Positions 39,751 to 52,838 of a stretch of 64,000 bases of DNA are shown piece by piece. The notes under the pieces were generated by a model. The model did no database searches. It was not told where the DNA came from and saw only the letters and a program-made list of their open reading frames with translations. A program made the position numbers and the translations under genes. The stretch's first letter is position 1, and every line of letters begins with the position of its first letter. The stretch is from Felis catus (Eukaryota): positions 96,970,001-97,034,000 of the forward strand of contig NC_058368.1 in the NCBI RefSeq assembly GCF_018350175.1, written 5' to 3'.

Positions 39751-41574
39751 TATTTCCTTTATATCAGAGAGCCAGTAAAGAATAAAACCCTAGTCTCATA
39801 ATGTTCCACTTTCCCACCATCAGAAAAAACAAACACTCCATTGACAATATTAGTCATTCCATTGATAAGCAAATACCTTAGCAGTATGGAACACAGAGAC
39901 ACATGACTCACTCCTAAGCAGAGCCTCTGTGAAGGGAGCTGACAAGGTTCTGAGATAAGCAGGATCTTGGCAGACAACTGCTTTTTATTTATCATGTATA
40001 AGGTTTTTTTCTAATCCTCCCCAGTTACTTAGGTAGAAATAGACACGAATAGGATGAAGAAAAAAGAAGAGAACCATGCTTTGGTATACTCATCCATACA
40101 TTAAATTAGTTAAATTAGTTAATATATGTAAAGCAGTTAAAACAGTGCCTGGCATATAGGAAGCACCATCATCCTTACCACCACCATCGATAACGACCAT
40201 CCTCATCAACATCATCGTCATCATCAAGATTTCATAGTTGAAGTCAATATATAAGGACCAGAAGGTCTCTGATTATTAGGAAGAACTCCAGAGTATGAAC
40301 TAGACCAATTACCTCCTTATGGTTTTGTTTCTTTAGTCTCAAATACAGGCACTGGTTAGACAATAAACTCTCTCTCTTACTGATTTTTTTATTGTGTCAT
40401 TACAATTATAGGCTTTTATTCTTAATGTTATTTCTTTCTCTGAGTAATCCAAGAAAATGCAATTCTCAGCCCATCTACTGAAAAATTTTACATACGTATA
40501 ATTTCTCTTATAATAAAACAACATGTACCACCTCACTTTGGGGGACATCTTAGAAATACAATATGGCCTTCTTTGTATGCAAGGTATTTAAAATATGCCA
40601 TGCCACTTAAATTCTTAGCCAAACTAATGTCTTTTATCAAAAACTGAATCAACTGACTATTTTCACCCAAAATAGGTTTCAATCACCATTTTTCCCATCT
40701 ATTTCCAGATACTCTTCAACTGCCTTTGAACTCCATTCCCAATGTTCTTTTTGAACATCTTTTATTGGTGCTTTTATTCCCTTCATCATCTCCCACCGTC
40801 TCCAATTCTTCCTGTTCTTTTTGCACGCTTAGGGCCAACTGTTCCCCAATTCTTTTCTTGGGCTCCCCATGTCTCTCCTCAGTAGACCTCACCAGGTTGC
40901 TTCCATAGACTTGCTGAGTGTCTCCCCATCCCCCCTGCAGCGTTCTCTCCCCTCCCCTGCTGCCCCCTTCTGCTCCTTCTGGCTCCATGTGCCGCCCCCT
41001 GCTCACTTCCCCTCTAGCTGTAGACAGCAAGAGGTTGGCTAAAGCTGCTCATCAACCTTCAACTTGTCAGCACACAGTTGCTTGCCTCAATAAAGTTGAA
41101 GCAATTTCAACCCTTCTTTCCCTACCAGTGCCTCGTGATCTTAATCCTGCTGTGCTGCTTCCCACTCCCTCCCCTGCAAGGCTCCAACTTCAGCAGACTG
41201 TGTCACCTCTCCTTTTCCATTTCTTTGTCCTTGTCCCTTCTCTAGGAGCTCCCAATATGTCTCACTAGCTAAAGTCTGCAATAGACTCCTACATGCTAGG
41301 CTTATAATGTAATTCATTGCCTCATTGCTTACTGTATGAGTAGAGTACATCTTAAAATGTATTATCTCTGGAGGACAGGGGCCTGAAGTAAAGTTTTAAC
41401 TTTGCTAATACATGGGGCTGACATCAAGAGCTAGAAAGGTATATGACACAAGGAATCATGAGGGCATGGGGTTTCAAGACAGAAACCCACCACTAAGCCC
41501 TTGTTTGAATAAAATGATTTATTTAACCTCTCTAAGCCTATGTAATCTCCACAACAAGGTACTCAAATTGTGAT

Positions 41575-42130
41575 CACTTGTTCCAATTATCTTTGTGGTC
41601 CAACAAACTACCTTAAATTCAGTGGCATAAAACAACAACCATTTTACTATGCATATGGGTTCTGTGGGTCAGGACTTTGGAAAGGACACAGTGGGGAAGC
41701 TTTTCTCTACTCCATTATATCTGGGGCTTCCATGAGGATACTCAGTGGTTAAGGCTGAAACAGTGGGAGCTAGAAGATCTGCTTTCAAGACAACTTATTT
41801 ATTTACATGTCTGGTGGCCTCTCCATGTGGTCTAGGCTTCCTCACAAGGATGGCAGCCTCAGGGAGTCTGAGTTTCTTGAGAGAGACTGGAAGCTCCAAA
41901 ATGTGATGATCCTATTCAATAAGGGAGAAGCTACATGACATTTTATGACCTAATTTTGGGAGTCATATAATGCCCCCTTCTACTGTATTCCACTGGTTGA
42001 AGCTTTCTCAGATTCAAGGGAGAAGAATTAGACTTGACCTCTAGATGGTAAAGTGGCAAGACCACACTGTAGAAAACATGACAGATGAATGTTATTGTGG
42101 TGACCATCCCAGAAAAAGCAACATGACACA
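41575..42130 (-). mobile_element. MLT1F/G-like MaLR LTR
   Basis: 'aacaaactaccttaaattcagtggcataaaacaacaaccatttt..ttctgtgggtcagga', 'ggcttcctcacaaggatggcagcctcag'. Confidence 0.8.
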
Positions 42131-42466
42131 TCCCTATATCCCTTTCTAGTTCTAAAAACCTGCAAGCCTTATTTTGACTCTCAATAGATGCTCAATAAAA
42201 ACTTAGCCTCTGCTCTCTAGAAGGAAATCTGAAAAATATGGGATGTAAACTTTTTATGCCTATAACACAGCAGGACGACAATGCAAAGCCATTCTTGTCA
42301 AGTATCAAGATGTGTGTCAGAGACTGAAGTCTCATAAATGTAACAGGCATCCTAACCAAAAGTGGTGTGTCATTAGAAGGGCAGACTCATCAAAGAGAGT
42401 ATCACAGAGTAGAACTAAATTTACTGACCACAATTGCTCGTGTTATCTCATTTAATCCTCACAGTA

Positions 42467-42699
42467 GGGGCGCCTGGGTGGCGCAGTCGGTTAAGCGTCC
42501 GACTTCAGCCAGGTCACGATCTCGCGGTCCGTGAGTTCGAGCCCCGCGTCGGGCTCTGGGCTGATGGCTCAGAGCCTGGAGCCTGTTTCCGATTCTGTGT
42601 CTCCCTCTCTCTCTGCCCCTCCCCCGTTCATGCTCTGTCTCTCTCTGTCCCAAAAATAAATAAACATTGAAAAAAAAAATTTAAAAAAAATAAAAAAAA
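42467..42699 (+). mobile_element. Very young SINEC_Fc inserted in a MIR
   Basis: Near-consensus CpG-rich sequence; 13-bp TSD aatcctcacagta (42454-42466, 42700-42712). Confidence 0.98.
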
Positions 42700-43939
42700 A
42701 ATCCTCACAGTAATCTGGAGATGTAAATATCATCAATACTCCGTGTTTTGCAGACCATGAAGCTGAGCCTCGAGGAAGTTAAAAAAATGGACCCAAAGTC
42801 CCGCTGCCAGGTGTACCAGTCTCCCTGCCACACGAGAGGATGTAACACTAGGTTGAACTGGTTTGAAGATGGGTTCTCAGTGCAAGATCTGCCATGATGG
42901 AGCACAAAAAAGAGCCAATTCTTAGCTCGGGGACAATATATACAAACACAAGAAGCAGGAAGGAGCCAGATAAACAAGAAGGGTAGTCACAAAGGTCGGG
43001 GATGTCAGGGGGCAATGCCTGGCCTCCCCAAAGAGGAAAGTTGCTACTGGATTGGATCAAAGTATAAGTTCTTCCCAGTGGGACAATGTCCACATGCAAC
43101 AATGTTCATACAGTCTGAGATTACTTTACTTCAGCCTCAGGAAAGCAGATTTGCACGCCTTGGCATTTGCCGTTAGGAAGGATCCCAAGAATGCATGGTC
43201 CTGCCTAACCTTCTTGCTAATCACTTATGCCAATGAGGTATGAAGATCATCACCATGCAAATTACTACTGTGGTTTTGCATTTCATATTTACAAAATACT
43301 TTCTCATAATCTAGTGGCCACTACTCTCTGTCCCCAAGAGAAGTAACAACCAGTATGATTTTCATTTGCCAGATGAAGACATTGAGCATTAAAGTAAAGA
43401 TGGGTATTAAAATTATAATTTCAAGTTTTTCATTAACTCCTTGGAGCCACACACTCTCCTACATCACTTCATTTTTTTAATTACTTTAAAATGTTGAGCA
43501 CTCATGCGATTCTTTAAAATTTTATGACACCATGCATCTATTTCTGCCTTTGAGGTGTTTTTTTTCTTTTCTTCTAGTTTTATTAAGAAACAACTGACAT
43601 ATATCACTGTCTGCCTCTGGTTTTAATTCTCTGTCATATTTTTAGGATTTCTGAAGCTACAGATGAAGAATCCAAGGGGTTTGGAACAGAAGAGAGGAGA
43701 ACTAAGACAGAGACACAAACCCATTTTTCCTTTGTGATTCACTTTCATTCAGCGCATATTTTTTGACCATCATCTCTGAGGAGGACCTGCTAAGTCATTA
43801 GAGGGCAAACAACCCCAGGAGCAAGAAGGGGGAACAAGAAAGTACTAGAGCCTGCAGGATGTTTAAGTTGCCATCCAGACTCTGCTATTTATTAAAGAAA
43901 GTGCCCTCCCAAATATCCATCAACTGGAGGACTAGTTGA

Positions 43940-44200
43940 CTATACTATGGTACATCCACTCAATGGAATCCATGGTAAAAAGGATTAGGAAAGATTGATA
44001 CATACTTTTCCAAGACATTTGCAGAATATATTGTTAGGTAAACAAAAGCAAAGTGAAAATCTGTGCACAGTATACCACATTTATGTGACAAGAAGGGCTG
44101 GGAAAGAAATCTATGTATACTCGTTTCCTCGTATTTTAAACAATAAACAATGGAAGAAAAAATAGTAAGATTGGTTGTAGGGTATGGGGAGGAAAGAAGT
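43940..44200 (+). mobile_element. Old L1 (L1MC/ME-type) 3' fragment
   Basis: 'ctatggtacatccactcaatggaat', 'atatattgttaggtaaacaaaagcaa', 'agtataccacatttatgt'. Confidence 0.5.
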
Positions 44201-44834
44201 TCCCCTGCCCACTGACATAACAGCCAGAAGCTTGAGCTGGAAATCATAGGCTCCAGAAAGTTCTGACCTACTAACATTTCAGCACCGGTCCTGAATGGGG
44301 CCCTAGAAGAGTGCTGGGTGTGTTTTTAGGTGCTGAGATAAGGGTTGGGGGACCCTCTAAGTAGGACAGCTGCCACGCCTCTAGGCTGACCTGTCTGCTT
44401 GGGCTGGTGACTCTCTTCCCTCCCTCCATAACACACATGTACCTTCTTAAGTGTGGGAGGAACACATTTCAGTCCATACTATATAAGTAACTATTCTTGG
44501 CTACAGCCACTTAGCACATGGATTAAGGGCAGCCCCTCATTGCCTCTCAGATCTATAAAAAATGACCCAGCCTAGCTGAAGGAATCCCACCTTCAGCTGC
44601 AGTCCTTCCTCACTCAGGACCCAGACCTGTGGCCATAACAATGATAAATACAGGAACAACTAACTTGTATCGAGCACTGGGCTAAGACTTTCAAATACCT
44701 CATTGAATCTTCACAGTAACCCTACAAGTATCTACTAATGTCACTTCTATTTTGCTGATGAGGAAAAATGAGGCCTCAGGGGTAGAGAATGTCACCAACG
44801 GGTGATAGAGGAGTATTTCAACCCCAGGCATCTT

Positions 44835-45130
44835 TTTTTTTTTAATTTTTTTTTTAACGTTTATTTTTGAGACAGAGAGAGACAGAGCATGAACGGGGGA
44901 GGGGCAGAGAGAGAAGGAGACACAGAATCGGAAACAGGCTCCAGGCTCTGAGCCATCAGCCCAGAGCCTTACGCGGGGCTCGAACTCACAGACCGCGAGA
45001 TCGTGACCTGGCTGAAGTCGGACGCTTAACTGACTGCGCCACCCAGGCGCCCCTTTTTTTTTAATTTTTTTTAACGTTTATTTTTGAGACAGAGAGAGAC
45101 AGAGCATGAACGGGGGAGGGGCAGAGAGAG
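44835..45130 (-). mobile_element. Young SINEC_Fc (44835-45053) plus duplicated 3' fragment (45054-45130) under one TSD
   Basis: 17-bp TSD tcaaccccaggcatctt at 44818-44834 and 45131-45147. Confidence 0.97.
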
Positions 45131-47583
45131 TCAACCCCAGGCATCTTATAACCATGCTCTTAACCCCATGTCAGCCTGTCTTGCAGACTGAGACTCTGTA
45201 ACCCTCTGCTCAGACAAGGGATGGCTGATCCAGAAAAAAAATCATCACTGAGTGAGGTGAAGTCAGAAGAATAATACACACGGTCTGTGTTCTCTAGGCC
45301 AAGGTAAGATATCCATGCAAACTAGAATAAGTCAACAACAGCACAAAATATCACACTACCGAACTAACCCCCAACTGTCTCTCTGGGTCCCTCGCCATCC
45401 CAGAGGGAGACCAGGGTTTTCCAAGAGTGCTCAAATTTGTAAGTTACATTTCAGCATGCAGTTTTCCTCCTAAATTGTGACCATGAATGGCTTTGTACAT
45501 AGAGTTGCATCATACCTGACCGGAATACAGACACACTGGGCAGCAGATGGGTCCTGCTCCATCACTCAGTGACTCACTCTGTCCACAGCTTCGTAAAGAT
45601 TAAAATCCATCCCTCAGCACAGTTGTCAATCCCCAGTGAACCATGGGACAATCTCAGATTTTAAACAGACCCGTGAATGATAATCCAGGAATCCCCAAAG
45701 TTTAGTGAGTATGTTTAAGGCCAAAACAAGAGAGGCAAATCATCAATGATGATATTACCAAGTCCCCTTCTGAACGACTTACCCACTCTGTCGCCTGCTT
45801 GCAAAACTCTGATATTTACACCTACCTCTAAGGCTGAAAAACAACCCCAGAGACTCTTGGCCTTCCTTCCAGCTTTCAGGACTCCTCACCAAAGAGCCTT
45901 TAGGTTCCATCAAATCACACACAGAGCATTTTACACCTTTCCCCAAAACTGGGCAAAGGGAGATCAGTTACTGTTAATTACAGATGCTTTCTGTCATAAT
46001 GGGCCAGATTTTCCAGAGTCTCAACTGCATAGCTCCCAAATGCCTCTCACAAACCTGGTAATGGTCCATGCAAATTGAATACTTAGTGGGTCTGTGTGCA
46101 TTCCGTTCCAGGGAATGCCTTTGAAAATTTAGCCCCATAACTCCAAAGCGTTTGTAGCATCGTAATCTGTCATCATTAGCAACAATGCTTGACTTGGTGC
46201 TCAACATTCTTATTAACCATGCAATTATGAATGCAGACAATGTTTAATCACTTTTACAAAAATACAGCTGTGTTGTTGGGGAGCTGTCATTTACTGCTCA
46301 TTAATGATTGATTTTTTTTAACCATCTAGATTGTTTTCATGAGAACAGCAGATTAACTATAAAGAATTCATTATTGGTCATTAAGGGATATTAAAATGGA
46401 AAACCTTTACAAGATGTGTCCTGTCTTGCTGCATTTGGATGCCTGGGACTCGCTTGCCAATGGAGGGGAGGAAACAAAATACCATTCTTCCAGAGCTCTG
46501 ACAAGGAGATACGGCTGAAGAGAGGTGGAGTGAAGAGAGAAATTAGGAAAAAACATCTCTTTTTGCTGTAATAAAACATTGATTACATTTTACAACGGCA
46601 ATAATTTACCCCGAATAATTACTTCAGCTATTGTCCAGCTTGTTTAAAGGCTGACTGAGCTGTGGGTACCAATCGATTCAGTGCAGATTGCTAATAATGG
46701 GCTATTTTGAAAACTTATAGCTGTTTCTCCATCCCATACACCGGAAGACACTAATTCCTTTCCCACATTGCACACTTAATTAAAGATGAGTCAGGGCATT
46801 ATTTTATGGCCAAACTTTCCTTAAACCTTGGACATAGAGAGCTGAGTTCTGCTTCCTCAAATGTCTCTTGGACATACTGTGATAAAATGTACTTTACCAC
46901 TGGCCACCTACAAAGACAGTAAGTTTCAAAACCTGTGAAGACGTTGGAAAGATTGGATGTTGGAAGGCTCAATGTCATGCCCTCCCTGGATTTCCGGCTC
47001 TGACGCTCACCTACCACACTGGGGGGCTCTTTGTTTCCTCACTTGCTCAGCAGCTGCCAGGATCCTGGAAGACCTGACCTGCAAGAGAAGGTTTTTAATA
47101 AACACAACTCCTCTTTCTCCTGTTCTGGTTCACCCTTAACACCAAGTCCCCACTGAAACTACCACCTTAGTTCTAGCAAAACTATTTTAGATTTTTTTTT
47201 TCCTGCTGACAAGTGTAATATAGATTTGTTTTGGAAAATACAGAAAAGCACAGAGAAGAAATTTAAAGCTATCTGTAGTCCCACACCCAGATATAACCAC
47301 TGCTCACATTTTCTATTTGCTGCCAGTATTTGACCTGTGAGCTTTTTTATAGTGGCACGACCCAGGGTGAGTTACTTATCCTCTCTGTGTCCAGTTTCCT
47401 TCTCCGCAAAACAGGAAAATAATAGCACCTGCTTCATAATGTGATTGTGAAAATTAGTTATAATTAGCTGTAATAATTCCATAAGTTGTTGGGTGAGAAA
47501 TATTATTATATAGGAAAGAAACACATCATAGTTAACAAGTAAAACAATTTTTTAACTTTTTTTTTAATTTATTTTTCATATTT

Positions 47584-47800
47584 GGGACACCTGGGTGGCT
47601 CAGTCGGTTGGGCATCCGACTTCAGCTCAGGTCATGATCTCACAGTTTGTGAGTTCAAGCCCCGTGTCTAGCTCTGTGCTGACAGCTCTAAGGCTGCAGC
47701 CTGCTTCAGATTCTGTGTTTCCCTCTCTCTCTCTCTCTGCTCCTCCCCTACTCGTGCTCTCACTCTCTCTCTCTCTCAAAAATAAGTAAACATTTAAAAA
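47584..47800 (+). mobile_element. Can-SINE
   Basis: gggacacctgggtggctcagtcgg head, CT body, tail. Confidence 0.95.
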
Positions 47801-47802
47801 CA

Positions 47803-48015
47803 TTTTTTAATTTATTTTTTATTTTTGAGAGAGAGTGAGGGAGGGAGAGAGAGAGAGGATGAGTGGGGGAAGGGCAGAGAGAGAAGGGAACAGAGAAACT
47901 GAAGCAGGCTCTGTGAGGACAGCAGAGAGCCCAGCGCAGGGCTCAAACTCACAAACCATGAGATCATGACTGGAGCTGAAGGCAGTCGCTTAACTGACTG
48001 AGCCACAGGCACCCC
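47803..48015 (-). mobile_element. Can-SINE, tail-to-tail with the previous copy
   Basis: T tail, GA body, head ends caggcacccc. Confidence 0.95.
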
Positions 48016-48574
48016 ATAAAAATTTTTTTTTAAGTTTAAACTCCCAGCTGATGCTGCAGACCCAGGGAACCACACTTGGAGAACCACTGCTTTCAGTTAA
48101 TTATAATGAGAAAAAAAACCAACCACAAAGGAGAAAAACACTAATGAGGGATGGAAGCATATTTGGTTTAGTGAGCTTCCCTTGGGGGGATAGTTTTGGA
48201 GGGATTTGAGAGGGCTGCTGTGCTACAAAATACGATGTGGTAAATGGCAATGATGGCTTATGTTAGCTAAAAGAACCGTAAGGGAATGCTGACCCATCAC
48301 CTTGCCACTTGACTTTGATTTGAGTCATTGCTAGGTAGTAAAGCTTTTAGTTGCATACCCACACAGTCTTCCCCAGTATAATCCAGCATCACACTTGGAA
48401 GGAATCGCCAGAAACTGAAAACCCACACCTGGGAAAAGCAGCTTTGCAAATGCCTTGTGCCTGGCTAGGTGTCCGGGACAACTGAGACCATCTGGGGATC
48501 TCCTGGACTTTGCCATCACTCCAAAGCATCCAAGGAATGGAGAAAAACAAAGTCAACATGAATAACTGTGCATT

Positions 48575-48775
48575 TTATTATATTTGTTTTGAGGTTTACT
48601 TATTTATTTTTTGAGAGGAGGGGAGGGAAGAGAGAGAGGAGAGAGAGACTCCCAAGCAGGATCCATGCTTGGTGCAGAACCTGATGCAGGGCTCGATCCC
48701 ACGAATCATGAGATCATGACACGAGCTGAAATCAAGAGTCACACTTAATCAACTACTGAGCCACCCAGGCACCCC
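48575..48775 (-). mobile_element. Can-SINE
   Basis: Head ends cccaggcacccc; imperfect TSD aata..tgtgcattt. Confidence 0.93.
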
Positions 48776-49445
48776 AATATTTGTGCATTTGAGACAGCAT
48801 CATACTATGACTGCCATTTTATATTCAGCTTTTTCTCTACATAATATGAGCATTTTCACGTTTTCTTTAAACTTTCTAAATTTGTATCATAACATCCCAC
48901 CTTATGGATATGTCATGACCGTTAACTAACCACTTTCGCTGGGTGTTTTTACTTCTTTAATTTTCTCTCTTATAAATAACTCTGTGCTTACTTTTTATTC
49001 ATGCTTTATCTTTTATTCCCTTCATGAATATTAGCAAAAATTCTCTGCTTCAGAAGTCTGTGCCTTAAGAACAAAATGTTTAGAACCAGAGCACCAGAGT
49101 TTACAAATTATATTAGAAATTCTAGAGTCACTACTATCAGTTTTCCAATACCTGTTGTCCAACAAAAGTAAAAACTAGCAGACGTCCTTTGTTGAAAAAG
49201 CCATACAATTGCCTATCACACGAAACTTTAAAGCACTAGTCTCAAAGATGTTGCAGCATCAAAAGTAACTCTACAAAATAATTTGACTATTTCCACAATA
49301 AATTTTAGTTTTCAAGATAATGATGTATTGCCTTATAAGACTGATTATTCTGGCTCCTGATACATAAAAAGGATAAGCCAACATTTTGAATCAATAAATG
49401 AACGGATCCCAAACATGTACTTATTAATATAAACAGACATCACTC

Positions 49446-49653
49446 TTTTTTTTTCTTTCTTTCTTTCTTTCTTTTTTTTTTTTTTTTGAGAGAGAGCATA
49501 AACAGGGGAGAAGGAGAGAGAAGGAGACAGAAAATCCAAAGTGGGCTCTGCACTGACATCAAAGAGCCCGATGTGGGACTTGAACTCACAAACCTTAAGA
49601 TCATGACCTGAGCCTACTTGGACACTCAATCGACTGAGCCACCCAGGTGCCCC
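49446..49653 (-). mobile_element. Can-SINE
   Basis: T-rich tail, head ends cccaggtgcccc. Confidence 0.93.
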
Positions 49654-50039
49654 AGAAGCCACTGTTAATATTAGTTAAATATCATAGTAATAGAACAGAA
49701 ATAACAAAAAAAAATTCATCTCCTTGGGTAACATACACATTGCTGTAGTCTATTTGTTTTCATATTTTTACTGTGGTCAGGATAAACATAAACTAATAAG
49801 GTATAGTTAGTCCCTTGAGGTGAAAACAGAACATCTGAATATTAACACACATAGCCATCATATTGAGACAGTGTATAATAAGACTATCAGCTCCAACTCT
49901 TTCTTCATGATGGCACATAGACTGCTAAACCATGGGTGATTTATAATAAAAGAATCTCCTCTCATTAAACAATGCTGCAAAGGGGGCTATGCTTTCCATT
50001 GGTAGGTTTCAACTCTTCCTGCATTCCTGGAAAGCTTTT

Positions 50040-50056
50040 AAAGTTTATTTATTTAT

Positions 50057-50112
<56 letters not shown>

Positions 50113-50248
50113 TAGGGGAGGGAGAGAGAAACAATCCAGGCAGGCTCTGTGCCGTCAGCCAGATGCAGGGCTCGATCTCACAACTGTGAGATCATGACCT
50201 AAGCCAAAATCGGAAGTCAGATGCTTAACCGACTGAGCCAGGTGCCCC
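50040..50248 (-). mobile_element. Can-SINE with expanded (GA)n
   Basis: TSD tgg(a/g)aagcttttaaa. Confidence 0.93.
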
Positions 50249-50276
50249 TTGGGAAGCTTTTAAAAAGGCGGATCTT

Positions 50277-50516
50277 GGGGCACCTGGGTGGCTCAGTCGG
50301 TTAAGCGTCCGACTTCAACTCAGGTCACGATCTCGCCGTCCGTGTGTTCGAGCCCCGCATCAGGCTCTGGGCTGATGGCTCAGAGCCTGGAGCCTGCTTC
50401 CGATTCTGTGTCTCCCTCTCTCTCTGACCCTCCCCCGTTCATGCTCTGTCTCTCTCTGTCTCAAAAATAAATAAACTTAAAAAAAATTTAAAAAATAAAA
50501 TAAAATAAAAAAATTA
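50277..50516 (+). mobile_element. Young SINEC_Fc, head-to-head with the previous copy
   Basis: TSD aaaagg(c/t)ggatcttg. Confidence 0.96.
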
Positions 50517-51280
50517 AAAGGTGGATCTTGTTAGAATTACCTGGGGAGCTTTCAACACTTACTTTGCCCAGGTTTCATCCCAAAATGGAATCACCAGGGT
50601 TGGGACACTGGCACTGGGACCTCGTACAAGGTCTTCCATTGATTCTAATGTATCACCACAGTTGGGAAGAACTGCTTCAGAAGATGCAGGTGACCATTAC
50701 AACATAACTTCAGGCATCCTATGACTTCAACTACCTCAGAAAGTCCCCCAGGTATCACTTGACTATGTAGAAAAACTCATTCAGGCATTGATTACCTCTG
50801 TCAGCACTAGAAGTAGTACATCTCTCCAGAGGCCATAAATAAATCTGGTCACGTTGCAAACCTGTGGAATAATATGGGGAAAAGTAATGAAATGCCACAC
50901 TAGAGTAATTGATGGGCAATCCTGCACCAACATGTCACTGGGATATACTGGAAAGATGGTACCAGTTATTTCGGATTGTCGACATCTTTTTATAGGAACT
51001 ACTAAAAAGGGAACAGATGCATTTGCCTTTAGATTGATAACACCCTTAAGTGGCAACAAAATCTCCTCTGGGCTCATTTGGACCCATTATCTCTGAGGAC
51101 TTCTGTGACATAAATTGTACCTTATCCTCAGAAAGACACCATCCCTGAAGCCTACTAGCTCATTCCACTGAGAGTCGAATAAACTGGCAGAGCCAGAACA
51201 ATCTGCTCAAATTCCATAACTGAATAATGAAGGAACTTTGATCTTACAGTGACTTGTTAGCTAAGTTACTTTATTACCAC

Positions 51281-51314
<34 letters not shown>

Positions 51315-51320
51315 TGTGTG
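51281..51320. repeat. (TG)n microsatellite
   Basis: Direct reading. Confidence 0.9.
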
Positions 51321-52823
51321 GCTATACATATAAATAATAACAATGCAAGGCAAGCAGTTAGCAGAAAGAAATACTGTTATGCCAGGCTAGATTCTTGTAC
51401 AGGGTCTTTTAACTAAATAGATCCTTGACTCTAGACAAATACTCAGTCTCTTTTGGTCTCATTTTTCTGAACTGTAAGCCATAAATAAGACTAGGTAACT
51501 TCTACAGTGCCTTCAAATTTCAAACTTCTGTGAAAGTTCATTATTTCCCTAAAAATGACCTTTGTGTAGTATGGGTACCTGGTAGATCTAGAAATCTAAG
51601 GATTGCACAACCATGAATCCAAAGGCCACAGCCCTGCAGCTGTTCCTAGGAAATGACGTAATGGCGTAAATGCAGGGACGATGATACGTCTTAAGCTACC
51701 GAACTGTGATTTTGCAAACAGATTATTCAGGAACATAGTCATTACAGTGTGAGCTCTAACCCTTTGGAAAATGTTTTTCTTCACAAATGTTTCTGTTTGT
51801 ACTTATTCAGGAATTGACCAAGATGGAAATTTCACTTGGGAACCACCTCACACCATAAATTAGTTACTTACAGAAACTGTATTAATGTTTCAAAGCATTA
51901 ATAGTAGAAAAGCCTATTGGCTAATTAAATGGCAGAAGATACACTACATCAAATCTGCTCTTGCAGATTTCCAGGGGGACCAAGACCCACTTCCAAACTC
52001 AATGAATAGATTATGGAAAGAAGGTATTTTCTTCCATAAAATTAGGCTTACATCTCTTTATGGGACTGAAACTGGGCATTGTCATAAGAATGGAGATCGA
52101 CTGTGACCCATCCACAAACAGTAACTCCTGGGTTTAAGACCTTACGATGTCTCAGAGAAAGATGCACACAAAACTTTGAGGGGACTATTTAAGCTCTGTC
52201 TGCAAAGCCTTCAAACAACAGAGCTCATAATGGAAACCATGACAGACTTTTAAGACTTTTAATGATAGAAACATCAGCAGACTCTGTAACAATATTATAA
52301 ATCATTTCTAAATAATAGTATTGATAAGATGAGCCTTTCAAAACCACCCACGACACCTCTTTAACAGCTAATTAAAACTAGGGAGAAGAGGCAGTTCTTT
52401 TATCCTTCACAACACTGTAGCTCTGATCATCCCACAGTGAATGATTTTACTTCAGTAATAACCCTGATCCGACATTCAGTTAGCAATTACCACAACAGAC
52501 TTTATCTACTGGTAACAACTGGTTCGGAAGATATTGCCCTGCATGCATTAATTTCATCATGCTAATAAAGTTCCCTGTTATAAAACGCAAAAACATATTA
52601 ACCTGTCTAATGCAATAAGAGAAACATATATATCTTTCTGGCAAAATGATGATACACCAGCACTTCATTTCTATTTCAAAACTTAAGTGGGTAAAGTATA
52701 TTAGAGGAACAGAAAGTAACAAGCTATAATCTGCAGTGAACACAATGACATGACTAAGTGCCAACAAATTTTCCTGTGAGTAATTGCACTTACCGTAATT
52801 TATACACATTCTATTACCTTGGT

Positions 52824-52838
52824 GTTTGCATAACAATG
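52824..52838 (-). promoter_or_regulatory. SOX-OCT (Sox2/Oct4-type) composite motif
   Basis: Reverse complement reads CATTGTTATGCAAAC, a 14/15 match to the canonical CATTGTTATGCAAAT; function not shown. Confidence 0.5.
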
